Shown: piece after piece, positions 9,701-18,823 of the stretch
Layout: every line of letters begins with the position of its first letter
How positions within the stretch are numbered: position 1 is the first letter of the stretch
From: Vicugna vicugna
Lineage: Eukaryota
Assembly: GCA_013265495.1 (NCBI GenBank)
Contig: MU057744.1
Location: forward strand, 1,109,187-1,129,186
Reading direction: 5' to 3'
DNA length: 20,000 nucleotides
The notes under the pieces: generated by a model
The model's input: only the letters and a program-made list of their open reading frames with translations
Database searches by the model: none
Told to the model about the DNA's origin: nothing
Program-made: the position numbers and the translations under genes

Positions 9701-12700
9701 CAACCCACCTGCTTTCTAGAAGTCTGATAAGTGGAAGAAACTGTTCGTTAAGCAGAGAGACTTTATCAGGATGGATTTCTTCCTGTGAGCTGTACGAAAT
9801 ATACTCTTCAAAAAGGAGGCTGCAAAACAAAGCAAATGCCAGCAGACACGAGAGTTACTACTCACTGAACACTTACTATGTTCTAAGGACTCTGGAAAAC
9901 ATCACCTCTGCCAGACCTCCACGCGGCAGAGAGCAGACCTAATTCACAGATACACAAAGCCCCAGCTAAGAAGCCCGACGGAGCCCGAGGTCGAAGGGAA
10001 GGGCGACAAGAGCCCACGCCGGGCGCGCCCGGCTCCACCCCAGGAAGTACAGCCAGGTCTGCAGCCCCGGGCGGACCCGAGCCCAAGCTCTCCACAGTCC
10101 TTCACCTACTTAAGCTCGTGTAACCCACACGCCACCCGTGGGAGCCAGGGCACGAATGACACACACCAGCAGACAGGTGCCTGCCCCACGACACACCCCG
10201 GCAAAGCCAGACCCACGCAGCCTGACCTTCAGAACCACCCCCTCGTATCCCGGGGGTGACAGAGGGCAGGCAGACCGACGTGAGACTGCACTGCCTACCT
10301 TCCTGCCCCCGTATCAAGCAAGTAAGAAAACGGAGACGGTGCTGGCTTTACTTCATGCCAACACTCAATGGTAAGTTTCTATTTGATATTTACTGCTACT
10401 CACTGTGATGTGCTGTCTCAGGCATTTTGGTCCATTTATCAACAGGAAATTTTAAACAATCACAAATTACATGTAGAATAACCCAAATGTAGCTTCACTA
10501 CTAACTTTCCATGATCATGTACAGGCACAAAAGACAGATGAGAGAAATTACTTCTTTTTCTTCTGCCACAATTATTGGGCTAAGTACTTAGGATTAAACG
10601 AAATGACATGGACAAAGTACATTACAAAGGGATACTGGAAATCTGTTAGCCAACCCTGAAAAGTACACTTAGCCCCAGAAATACAAATCATAAACGTCAA
10701 AACAGCGCACCTGGCCAACAAGTGGTCCAAGCCGCTCTTCAGCGGTACACTGGAGAGTATGGCTTCCAAGAGTCGCCTGCAGGTTTGACCATCCAGCTCT
10801 TCAGCTTCTTCTCCTTAGCACATAACAAATTAAAATCCACTGGGTGAATTTTTGCATGCCTATGTTATTAGGTGTTGTTACGTCATTAACCACAGAAATA
10901 GCTTTAAAAACATACATTCTGACCTCCAGCTTTTTACCTGTTTTCAAAAATGCACTTCACCCACTTAGTCATTCACATTTTTCACACCAATTCTGTATAC
11001 AGTTCTCTCATTTATCCTTTATCTGAAACTCTCTATATTCTAAAAAACAAATACTATCACGCCTCTCTCATTAATGAAACAGAAATCCAAAAACTACAGT
11101 GTCCCCCAGGTCACACTGCAAGTGGTGAAGCTGGGACCTGATTCTACGTCTCAGCAAACCCCCTGTGAAAACAGGCCACACCTCCACCTCACTGCCTCCT
11201 CCCTGAGCCGAGCTGGCACCTCCTGGCCCAGATTTACAACTGAATGAATGTAAGCCCTGGCTGCACCACTCATCACCAACAGAACAAGAGAGATACACTT
11301 TCATTTGCATCAGCCATGTTTCTGAAACTCACATTTAAACTGAGGTGTGGTTACACACACCTCATTTCCCAACAGACTAACGTAACTTTAGAGATGACGT
11401 GTGTCCTCTTAGCCCAGCAGTAACAGGACCAAGAACTTCTTATCTTTCTGTATTTACCGAAGGATGAAAAACATAATGCAAATAATCACTCTAATTAACT
11501 TTATGGCTTTTTGTGCATGAGATTTTCTTGGTCTTAAATTCTCAATGACTCAAGGGATAAAAACTTTTTTTGGCAACTGGATATTCACTGTAAATGAATC
11601 ACTATAGCTCATTAAATATCTATACGAGAAGGTCAGATTTTACTCAGAAACATATTTTAATTGTTTTAAAAATAATTCCGGTCTTATTCGAGACTGAAAA
11701 CACACATTTAAAAAAAATACTGAGCATATCACTGAATTAACAAGGATCTCCCTTTGACCAACCTGCTCTCCACTCCAACTGTTTCTTACACGAGACAAAT
11801 AGTTAAATTAATTTTTTAATTTAAATAAATTTTGTGTAATTAATTACACAAAAACAACTGGAAACAGAAGCTCTAAGTATCTTAAAGATACTAACAAAGA
11901 TGTGGTTCCTATTTTAAGAGAATCACATGAGAGTAAGTCTCTGGACAAGAACAGTACACCCACACACCTGTGACGTGACGAATGATGGAAGCGACCAGGT
12001 GGGGAAGCATGTAGCGCAGGAGAGGGCTGACGTCGTGCGTCTCAGAGATCCCCTGGAGCAGCGTGACGAGGTCAGGAACGCTGCACAAGTGTGGAAATGG
12101 CCTGTGAAGTGGCAGCAACATAAGGTGTTGGCTTTACACGTGAGACAACAAATGGCAATTTCTAAAAATAGCATAAAATTTGTCCTATGAAAAAATCATT
12201 AAAAATAACTTCATCTTCCTCTAATTACTATCATTTCTCAATTCAGCTGTACGTACTTCTTCCCAAGGCTCTCTGGCTTCTGTCTCTGCAGGACCACTAT
12301 CAAGCAACCCAGTCCATCCCTGACCAAAGAGGGAATTTTGGTCAAAGTTCTGATGATCTGTGAAGCCAGTGAGTTGACGAAGGTGTCTTCCATGGTCACT
12401 TTCACAGAAATCTGACATATTATCATGTACGTCGCAGCTCTGTAATCTGGTAAAGATGATTTCAATCCCTAAACATTTTTTAAAATGCAAGGAAAAATGA
12501 TAAACTATGTTATTTTATTCTACTTTAAATGTTATTTTATTTTAACAAACTGGAAGTGTCATTAATTAGAGATTAACACAGCCTAACAGACACTGAGAGT
12601 CAACACCCCTCGGAAATGAAAAGTCAAGGTGCTGCCCCCTTCTGAGCAGACACGGAAACCAGAAAAGAGTCCTGGGTAACAGAAGGATGACAGAGGGTCT

Positions 12701-15700
12701 CCCGAGTCCAACACCCACCACACACCCTAGCGGGAGCCAGGGAGTCCTCCTCTCCATGCGAACACCGCCTGCGTACGGGAGACTTGAACCAGAAACGAAC
12801 CAGCGTCTGACTAGAGACAGTAATTCGGGGACACTGGTGGGAAGTTAAAGCAGTGCCTCCGAGGGGAACCTGGGAAGCTGGGCGGGGATGAGGCACTTGG
12901 GGAGAACCATGGAGCAGCAGGAGTCAAAGCAAAAAGAATGATGAAAGAGCCTCTGCCCTGAAGAGATTCTCTCCTCCTCCTCTCTCCGGTGATGTAAAAC
13001 GACTGCTAAGAAAATGAGTCCGGGAGGAGCTGGCAGGGCCAAACGCTTATTCTTAAGGGGCCCTAATTAAGATCCCACTCTTAAGTTTTTAAGACAAAAG
13101 AAGTTATATTTTTACCTAAAAATTAAATCTCATCAGCCACCTGAAATAAACTGTCAAGGTAAAAACATTTATGTCGAAGTGAAATTTTCAAATGCAGGAA
13201 AATCCCTTCAGGTACAAAATAATCTACTTTACACATAAGCCGGGCCAACCTTTTGAATGTATGGAAACAGCTTGGCAACTATGTTGTCTGATATGTCCTC
13301 GGCCGCCACCAGAGCTGACACCAGGGTAGACGCATAGAAAGTCAAGAGAACCCTCAGCTGAGCTGAGCCCCCAGGGTACGTGGCAAAAACCTGGAACACA
13401 GAGCACAAGACGCACTGAAGAGGGAAAGGCCGATCAGACGAAAGCACACACTCATTCACAGCTCTCCTCACCTGCTGCAGGCTGACAGCTTCATTCTGAC
13501 CACATGCAACATTAAATAAACAAATGTAATGGTTCAATTAGATGTGACAAGAATGAACCACCTTCCTGATGTTCTTAGGCTGTCTCTTTGTTTAAACAGT
13601 CAGTGGAAACACAATTTGGCAAGGAGAATAATTTTTGTAGAAAAACAGCTCTGGCCATGGAAGACTGATTAAACTGTTCATGATCCAAGACAGCAGATCA
13701 CTCAACAAAAAGGACGTGTTCGAGGTACTACCAATATTAGAAAAGACCTTTGTATGTTTTTTCATTCAGACGAAGCAACCTTCTAACGGAATTATACAAT
13801 CGTGAAAGAATACACTACTCACCTTCACAGATTTTGTCACCAGACTACAAATGAAATCCATGAACCCAAGATCCCTGTAGCAGTGGGTGGCCAAAGTTCC
13901 CTTAGCTAAGGGCACTCCAGCTTGCTGTGAGACAAAAAGAACCGACGATTACTCAGCACATTCATCAAGTCAGCACTATTTTTCAAGTACTGGCCAAAGT
14001 AGCAGCTTCACACTGCAGGTCATAAATACAAAAGAGTCCCCCCTTATAACTGGTGGCAGAGATGAGATTAACACATAAAAATGTGCAAACTTTAGAAATT
14101 CAGACGAGAAGGCCCCACAGCGAGTGTGGAGGTTCCCAGGGGAAAGTGCTTGTGTGCTGCCTTAGGTGTGTATTTAGATGTATCTGGGTTCTCTAGACTC
14201 TTAGTAACTCCACTGGTTAGACGTGGTGTCTGAGCCAACGTGCCACGGCTCTGTCACTGCTTTACAGCATTACTAACAGAACCAGACGAGGAACCTGGCC
14301 AATTTATACCGCTATTCCCGCTGCCCAGCAGTGTGCATGGCAGGTGTCAGCACACGATACATTCTGAATCGGCCAGGGAAAGGCTAATCTAAGGTGAACT
14401 TAGATTAGGTGGGGTTTGGAAACCTGAAACTACTGTGACTAGAACGGCAGGGTCTGTGTGTAGACTTGGGAAAAATTAATTTGCGTGTTGTGAGCAGAGG
14501 GAACGCTGAGTACTTTGATAAGAAGCTTTATCACAGGCTGGCTTCTCTTCCTCAACATTCTTCGGCTCAAGTGCTTTACATCCAAACTCTTAAACTCTTC
14601 ATCTAATTAAAAACTTCCATTCCTCTCTTTCTTCTCATTCCGATCATGGAACTCACTGCCATCACCCATAAAGGTAACTCCTTCACAGTCCCAGTCCGCT
14701 AGCCTGAACTCCATGCTCAACGTTCAGTACAATTCCTGCCCACAAGGTACACCTGCTTTCCTCTACCACGGCTGCAAAGTGATACTGGCGAGTCTGCTGT
14801 CTTACAGAAAATCACACTATCCCATCCCAGCCAGGCCCTTCCTGTAAGGCAACCATCCTGTTCCTCACCTGTAAATTAATTCCTAGCATTTTCTTTACAA
14901 CTTTAGTAATTTCCTGAAGTCCTTCAAGTTGTCCTCATCCTTTTAATTTCTGTAAGTATTTTATGCTTTTCTTCACCTCCAACTTTTTTTTTAAGCTTTT
15001 CAGTTCCAAAATGTAAAATGCCAGACAGCATGGTAAAGACAAGCTTTAGAATCAGATCTGGATTTTCACTCTAGAGTTACATGAACTTTGGCAAGTAACT
15101 TACTAATTCTGAGTCTGTCTTCATTTGTAAAAATGGTTTTGTGAGAATCCAAGATAATACAATATAAACTGCCTAGCCTGTATCAGGTACTAAATAAAAG
15201 CCAGCTATCATTCTAAAGTTTCACCTGGAAGTCAGGAAGTAAAAGTGATGGAGGTAATACTTGACCACTCTCAGGAGTATGAATGATTTTACTTTCTCCA
15301 AATTATACTCATAATTAAGATTTGTAATGACTACAGATACATGTCATTCAACAACCATACCTTAACTGGCAACAACCAGAACCATTTGTGCTTTGAGTTA
15401 GTGATCTTTAGAAGCTGTATAACCCGCACAAATATTCTTGTCTCGTGGTATGGCAGGACACAACCAATGAGGCTGTCTTGATTGTAAAGGTGGATATGGA
15501 ACCTGGGGGAAAAAGAAAAAATTCGAACTGACACAAAACTCCCAACCATTTATTTCCTTACACGCCCAAAACCACCACAAAACTTAAACAGCAGCCATCC
15601 CAGCACTCTTCAACAGGCTGCTGCCAATTCTCACGCAGCAGTGTGTTTAAACATTCAGTATCAAAACTGACACCCATTCACTTCCTCTCAACTTCTTAAA

Positions 15701-18168
15701 AAACCTCTCATTACATCAACATAACTGTGGGATCACAGCAGCCAAATGGACAGAGAAGTAACGAGTCAGCGGGGTAGCAATGTCGGCTTCTCCCCCTGCC
15801 CTAGAGTCCACCTGCCACGGTGGAACTTCCTCAGTTTATCTAATTGCTACAACCCAAAACCTTAAGACTGAGTGAAACAGAAAATCATATTACTTTCTTT
15901 GAATACAGCCACATGTAATTTGTGAACTTCACAAAACTTTGTAAGGCTCCCTCCTCTCTAATAACACAGATTTGTTGATTCTGTCAGATCCATCAAATTC
16001 CTTCTAGCTTTTAGGATCTAGTGCAAATGCCTCCTTTCTCAAGATGCTTTTAATTCTCCCAGCCAAGAGATCTCTCATGTCTGCCTGAACTCTCCTATCC
16101 TCTCACCTGTGCCTTTAGTGTGGTTCTATATACAGCTTTGGTGCCAGCCCAGATGTCACTTTCTCCATCAAGCTCTCTCCCTTCAATTACTTCAGGCAGC
16201 ACTAGGTACCCAAAACTTTGTATACACCTTTACTGTGGCATTTATTTCAAAACAGTGAGAAAGGGCAGCCTATTCATCCTTGTATTGAGCTTAAAATGTT
16301 TGCTAAATAAGCTTCATGAGTGAAGCAGCACAAAACCCAACGTAAAAAGTACTCCTTACACATTCATGATCTATTTGGGGGAAACTAGATGCTAGAAGAC
16401 GGGGGGACGATATTAGATGTTTTTCGTCTGATGAGTCTAATACTCGGATGATCAGACGACCCAAGTTAAATGTCTGTTTTCTCAATGACTCGCTTGCTTC
16501 CCATACCCCCAGGCCTCCAATTAATGAAGTGAAACCTTCCTACTTTTAAAACATACGTAAGGAAGAAAAGACAAAAATGTGTAAACTGCGATATACTGAT
16601 GTGACTCAAATAAACGAGAAAATAAACTGAGTAAACTTCACTGAGACAGTTTCCAAGGTGGATGAAAGATCACATCCTTGGAAACAATCTTGTACCTCCG
16701 CTTACTAGTCGTGTGACTCAGGCAACTTAACCCCTTCACACCTCTGTTTTCTCAACTGTAAAACGGGGATGGGAGAAGCATCTCCCCACAGGCATGCTGT
16801 GAGCACTGAAATAATACACACAAAGGCCTGGTGTACAGACGTTCAACACGCGTTAGCTGTTACTGGTTTTCTTAAGTTAAGGTATTTTAGAGAACACCAT
16901 CAGCCTCTTCCCAAATCACTGCTGTCATTCTTTCGGCAGGGAAGACGTTTAATACTACCCTCTGCCCCAAATACGCAGCAGCCATTTGTAACGGCAAAGT
17001 GACGTGAGCTCCTGAGGACTGAGGTTAGACTATTTACTCAGGGCCTTCAGTAGCCCTGTTTTTCACCATCAATATAAATGAGTTCAATATGAAAAGGGCT
17101 GATCTCACCCAACAGAAATGACGTTAGCCTCTTACTATACCTAATTCTTCAACTTTAAATCGACAAATGTTCTCATTACTTTTTAAAAAAAAAGATGAAT
17201 GTTGTGACCCCATAATTATTTCCGTAATTCCATTTGCTACCTGTGAATCAACCACTCCAGACACTTCTGTGCTGGCTTCAGCAGGAAGTAAGGCGACAAG
17301 TGAATAAGAAATAATGAAATGTTTTCGTCCAGCTGTTTGTTCACTGCTTTGGTCTGAACGCTGCGCTCCAAGGTTTTTGCTAGCTGACTGAACAGTGGTG
17401 CCTCAAACTGCTCAAAGGAAGGATCGATTCCAAGCAGCTCTTCCAGGCCAGTGCATCCTAGGAAAAGGCCAGCAGATTACTCACAATTCTTTGCAAGCAA
17501 ACTCATCTATCTCACCCCTCTCTTACAGCTTTACTTACCCCTAAAAATCCTGAATTTTTTTAGCATATGTAATTGGTAATAATCTCAAACACAGTTTTCT
17601 AGTTTCCCGCATAGAGAATAAATCTCATCTCACCAACTAGGAGAATGGAAAGTACTTCCTAGCAGAAGGCCTTCCCCCACCCTCCCCCCAATACAACACA
17701 ATTTCAATACATAACTAGGCCAGCCCTGGGAAGACCCCTCTCCTACCCCGCCAGCCCTACCTCCCCAGCCCTCTTCGGCTGCTTTTCCTCTCCGTCTTAG
17801 GTGACCTCCCTAACCTTGTTTCTTCGTCTGTGAAATTCAGATACTGCTACCTACATACATTTCAAGCTTGTAGCACGTCCTTGATTGTCATTCTCTGTCT
17901 TAACAAGGTAAGTCAAATCAGAGAATTAGAAACCGCTGAGGAGGGCAGTCAGAGAAGAAAAAGAACATACGGCAACACCCAGGAAACGCACGCTTCGCAG
18001 TTTTCCTAAGTTCAAGGGCAGCTCACCAATGGCAAAGGCGGTGTCCCTGTCGATGGTGGCCGCTTCCTTGGGGTCGAACAACAAAGAGGCAACTTCATCC
18101 CGAGACAAGAGGCTGGGATCACTCTGGGGGAGGGCGAGCCGTTGCAGCTGCTGGGCTAAGGACGTCAT
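560..18168 (-). CDS. HEATR1: HEAT repeat-containing protein 1 (UTP10 orthologue), spliced CDS, coding exons 2-17 (codons 1-747), 3'-partial
   Basis: N-terminus MTSLAQQLQRLALPQSDPSLLSRDEVASLLFDPKEAATIDRDTAFAIG matches HEATR1. Sixteen exons with GT/AG ends (142,217,142,102,141,212,134,103,111,118,108,96,89,212,122,192 nt) sum to 2241 nt with consistent phases and no stops. Confidence 0.97.
1341..1462 (-). CDS. HEATR1: HEATR1 exon 16
   Basis: (A)LENVIKSTKPGELIGAANQKMIELLADNIKSEDPSSMLKM; aacag| and |gtgggt; 122 nt. Confidence 0.95.
1770..1981 (-). CDS. HEATR1: HEATR1 exon 15
   Basis: (W)YKVLEIAAGILTREEVLRGNGQLSDQVVVHLLPFMVIDSDDVESPEMKMAVYLSKSGICSLHPVLRGWKE(A); tttag| and |gtaaga; 212 nt. Confidence 0.95.
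2112..2230 (+). mobile_element. tRNA-Ala-derived SINE, Vic-1-like (camelid)
   Basis: GGGGA..TAGCTCAGTGATAGAGCGTGTGCTTGGCACGCATGAGGTCCTGGGTTCAGTCCCCAGTATCTCCATTAAA...CCTAAT(C)19AAAA; Pol III A box about 2124-2134, B box about 2167-2177. Confidence 0.8.
2231..2502 (-). mobile_element. LINE-1 3' UTR fragment (artiodactyl/camelid type)
   Basis: Typical antisense L1 3'-end motifs: caagatattgaacatagttccctgtgc-atacagcag and cccttcccaccccc...gtaaccataag-ttgttt. Confidence 0.75.
2835..2965 (-). mobile_element. Old L1M (L1ME/MC-like) 3' fragment
   Basis: attataaagtaacata...aaaaatcaaacacacagaa...cccaccctcc..ccagat resembles antisense old L1 ends; very degenerate. Confidence 0.35.
3092..3180 (-). CDS. 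HEATR1: HEATR1 exon 14
   Basis: VFKQHFSSEVTVSNLLNLFQRAELSKNRG(W); tctag| and |gtacgt; 89 nt. Confidence 0.95.
3612..3707 (-). CDS. HEATR1: HEATR1 exon 13
   Basis: ESIDESFIQEAVLTRLGDDSIDVVLSAVNAFE; ctcag| and |gtgagt; 96 nt. Confidence 0.95.
3975..4185 (+). mobile_element. MIR SINE (GC-shifted)
   Basis: ccagactgcccagg...gtgtgacctcgagcaag...tcctcatctatgaaa...aggattaaa follows the MIR core. Confidence 0.7.
5230..5386 (+). mobile_element. 5'-truncated LINE-1 3' end with probable TSD
   Basis: gtgcagcacaggaaatacagtca...atggagtataatct...gctgtacacttgaaactaa; CTATGTAAA repeated at 5221-5229 and 5390-5398. Confidence 0.65.
6041..6148 (-). CDS. HEATR1: HEATR1 exon 12
   Basis: FLADSDTSLMLSLNHPLAPVRLLAVNHLRNIMETSQ; tctag| and |gttggt; 108 nt. 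Confidence 0.95.
6493..6508 (+). repeat. Left target-site duplication of the ATF1 retrocopy
   Basis: AAAAATTGATCGCTGA, preceded by TT|AAAA (L1 endonuclease consensus) at 6489-6494. Confidence 0.88.
6509..8676 (+). pseudogene. ATF1: Processed pseudogene (retrocopy) of ATF1 with 5'UTR, disrupted CDS (6729-7490) and 3'UTR, in HEATR1 intron 11, antisense
   Basis: MEGSHKSNASETAPQ... at ATG 6729 and ...LENQSKNLTEKLKTLKDLYSNKSA* at 7490 match the ATF1 termini. Intronless, with several indels and a TAA at 7170-7172. Flanked by a 16-bp direct repeat; decayed A-rich tail at about 8666-8681. Confidence 0.93.
8677..8692 (+). repeat. Right target-site duplication of the ATF1 retrocopy
   Basis: AAAAATTGATCACTGA; 15/16 identical to the left copy, mismatch CG vs CA. 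Confidence 0.88.
9216..9333 (-). CDS. HEATR1: HEATR1 exon 11
   Basis: (R)YPRTLDAVLEEHLKEVTDVKKQELFHQFISLSTSGGKYQ; cccag| and |gtagct; 118 nt. Confidence 0.95.
9709..9819 (-). CDS. HEATR1: HEATR1 exon 10
   Basis: (S)LLFEEYISYSSQEEIHPDKVSLLNEQFLPLIRLLES(R); tgcag| and |gtgggt; 111 nt. Confidence 0.95.
9935..10096 (-). mobile_element. Highly degenerate, GC-rich MIR
   Basis: cctaattcacagat...gcccgaggtc...cagccaggtctgcagccccgggc...gagcccaagctct matches the motif order of antisense MIR. Confidence 0.45.
10711..10813 (-). CDS. HEATR1: HEATR1 exon 9
   Basis: (G)EEAEELDGQTCRRLLEAILSSVPLKSGLDHLLA(S); ctaag| and |gtgcgc; 103 nt; phases fit exons 8 and 10. Confidence 0.9.
11050..11155 (-). mobile_element. 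MIR fragment
   Basis: atgaaacaga...cccaggtcacactgcaagtggtgaagctggga resembles the antisense MIR core. Confidence 0.55.
11968..12101 (-). CDS. HEATR1: HEATR1 exon 8
   Basis: (K)PFPHLCSVPDLVTLLQGISETHDVSPLLRYMLPHLVASIIRHVT(G); cacag| and |gtgtgt; 134 nt. Confidence 0.95.
12257..12468 (-). CDS. HEATR1: HEATR1 exon 7
   Basis: GLKSSLPDYRAATYMIICQISVKVTMEDTFVNSLASQIIRTLTKIPSLVRDGLGCLIVVLQRQKPESLGK(K); tttag| and |gtacgt; 212 nt. Confidence 0.95.
13250..13390 (-). CDS. HEATR1: HEATR1 exon 6
   Basis: VFATYPGGSAQLRVLLTFYASTLVSALVAAEDISDNIVAKLFPYIQK; tccag| and |gttggc; 141 nt. Confidence 0.95.
13823..13924 (-). CDS. HEATR1: HEATR1 exon 5
   Basis: QAGVPLAKGTLATHCYRDLGFMDFICSLVTKSVK; cacag| and |gtgagt; 102 nt. 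Confidence 0.95.
14285..14370 (+). mobile_element. L2 3'-end fragment
   Basis: accgctattcccgctgcccagcagtgtgcatggca...tgaatc resembles the L2 terminus. Confidence 0.35.
14600..14930 (+). mobile_element. L2 internal fragment
   Basis: Pyrimidine-rich, with gaaaatcacac...ggccctt...ggcaacc motifs of the L2 ORF2 region. Confidence 0.35.
15027..15212 (+). mobile_element. MIR SINE
   Basis: cagcatggt...ctttagaatcaga...ctttggcaagtaactta...ttcatttgtaaaaatgg...ttgtgagaat...taaataaaagccagctat. Confidence 0.65.
15361..15502 (-). CDS. HEATR1: HEATR1 exon 4
   Basis: (R)FHIHLYNQDSLIGCVLPYHETRIFVRVIQLLKITNSKHKWFWLLPVK; cccag| and |gtatgg; 142 nt. Confidence 0.95.
15990..16325 (+). mobile_element. L2 3' region
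   Basis: aaattccttct...caaatgcctcct...aagggcag..tattcatccttgtat...aaatgtttgctaaat...gagtgaa. Confidence 0.5.
16690..16864 (+). mobile_element. MIR SINE
   Basis: cttactagtcgtgtgactcaggcaacttaacc...tgttttctcaactgtaaaacggggat...gcctgg...gttagctgttact. Confidence 0.7.
17241..17457 (-). CDS. HEATR1: HEATR1 exon 3
   Basis: (G)CTGLEELLGIDPSFEQFEAPLFSQLAKTLERSVQTKAVNKQLDENISLFLIHLSPYFLLKPAQKCLEWLIH(R); cctag| and |gtagc; 217 nt. Confidence 0.95.
17795..17880 (+). mobile_element. MIR core fragment
   Basis: taaccttgtttcttcgtctgtgaaatt...gatactgctaccta. Confidence 0.4.
18027..18168 (-). CDS. HEATR1: HEATR1 exon 2, coding part (exon probably begins at 18187)
   Basis: ATG at 18168; MTSLAQQ...TAFAI(G); donor G|GTGAGC; acceptor ttttag|AAATCC at 18188/18187. 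Confidence 0.95.
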
Positions 18169-18431
18169 CCTCCAGGCCGGCGGATTTCTAAAAACACGGG
18201 CGAAGAAACGCAGCCACCGTGAGAAGCCGCTACAGGACGAGAAGCCGGTCTGACCGCAAGCGGCAAAGGCCTCCGGTCGGAGCAAGTGTCCCCAGCGCTC
18301 AGCGCGGCCGCGCACACGCCGCCGGCGGCCCCGGAGGAGCCTACGCGCCAGCGCCGACTCCGCGGAGACTCGAGAGCCCGCGGACACCCTACCCTCCCGC
18401 GTATGCCGCCCGACCCACGGCTCCTGCTCAC

Positions 18432-18520
18432 CCGGAGCTCGACTTCGGACAGGACTCAGACGCCAGCGACTCTCCACAGCGGCTCCCACATGCTACCAAC
18501 TAGCCCCACTCTCGCCCGGA
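18432..18520 (-). other. HEATR1: Probable non-coding exon 1 (5'UTR) of HEATR1; TSS approximate
   Basis: Strong donor CCGG|GTGAGC at 18432/18431 inside the CpG island, just downstream of clustered ETS/GC-box motifs; pairs with the acceptor at 18188. Confidence 0.65.
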
Positions 18521-18732
18521 AGTCTGGTGCACGCAACCGGGTGAGCTTCCGGTTTGAGACACTACGGCAAGAGAAGAGGTACAAGCTTGCCGGAAACGCG
18601 AAACGACGACTCCGCCTCCCGGAGGCGAAGCCCCGCCCCCGCGCAGAGCCGGGCCTCAGGCTCGGGGTCGGGGTTCCTACTCCGCTGGTACTGATCGTCT
18701 GTTCCCGGCTTGTGGCTGGAATTTGCTTCTTT

Positions 18733-18803
18733 TTCTTCTTCTTCTTCTTCTTCTTCTTCTTCTTCTTCTTCTTCTTCTTCTTCTTCTTCTTCTTCTTCTT
18801 CTT
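18733..18803. repeat. (TTC)n / (GAA)n microsatellite, at least 23 units, running into a gap
   Basis: Uninterrupted TTC repeat, followed by 20 N (18804-18823) and T16 (18824-18839). Confidence 0.97.
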
Positions 18804-18823
18804 NNNNNNNNNNNNNNNNNNNN
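18804..18823. other. Assembly gap
   Basis: 20 N. Confidence 1.

Larger units (their letters stand above)
17960..18720 (-). promoter_or_regulatory. CpG island / TATA-less housekeeping promoter of HEATR1
   Basis: Very high GC and CpG density. ETS (GABPA/ELK-type) cores: CCGGAAGT 18516-18523, GCTTCCGG 18545-18552, GCCGGAAA 18589-18596. Sp1 GC box GCCCCGCCCC 18630-18639. Confidence 0.85.

Noticed and set aside
11150..11280. Intronic C/D box snoRNA (TGATGA...CTGA on the minus strand)
   Set aside because: No terminal stem or recognisable rRNA antisense element; overlaps a MIR edge.
16424..16459. Hairpin containing CTGATGAG (hammerhead ribozyme core?)
   Set aside because: No GAAA after the would-be stem II and no three-way junction; the CUGA is paired inside the stem.
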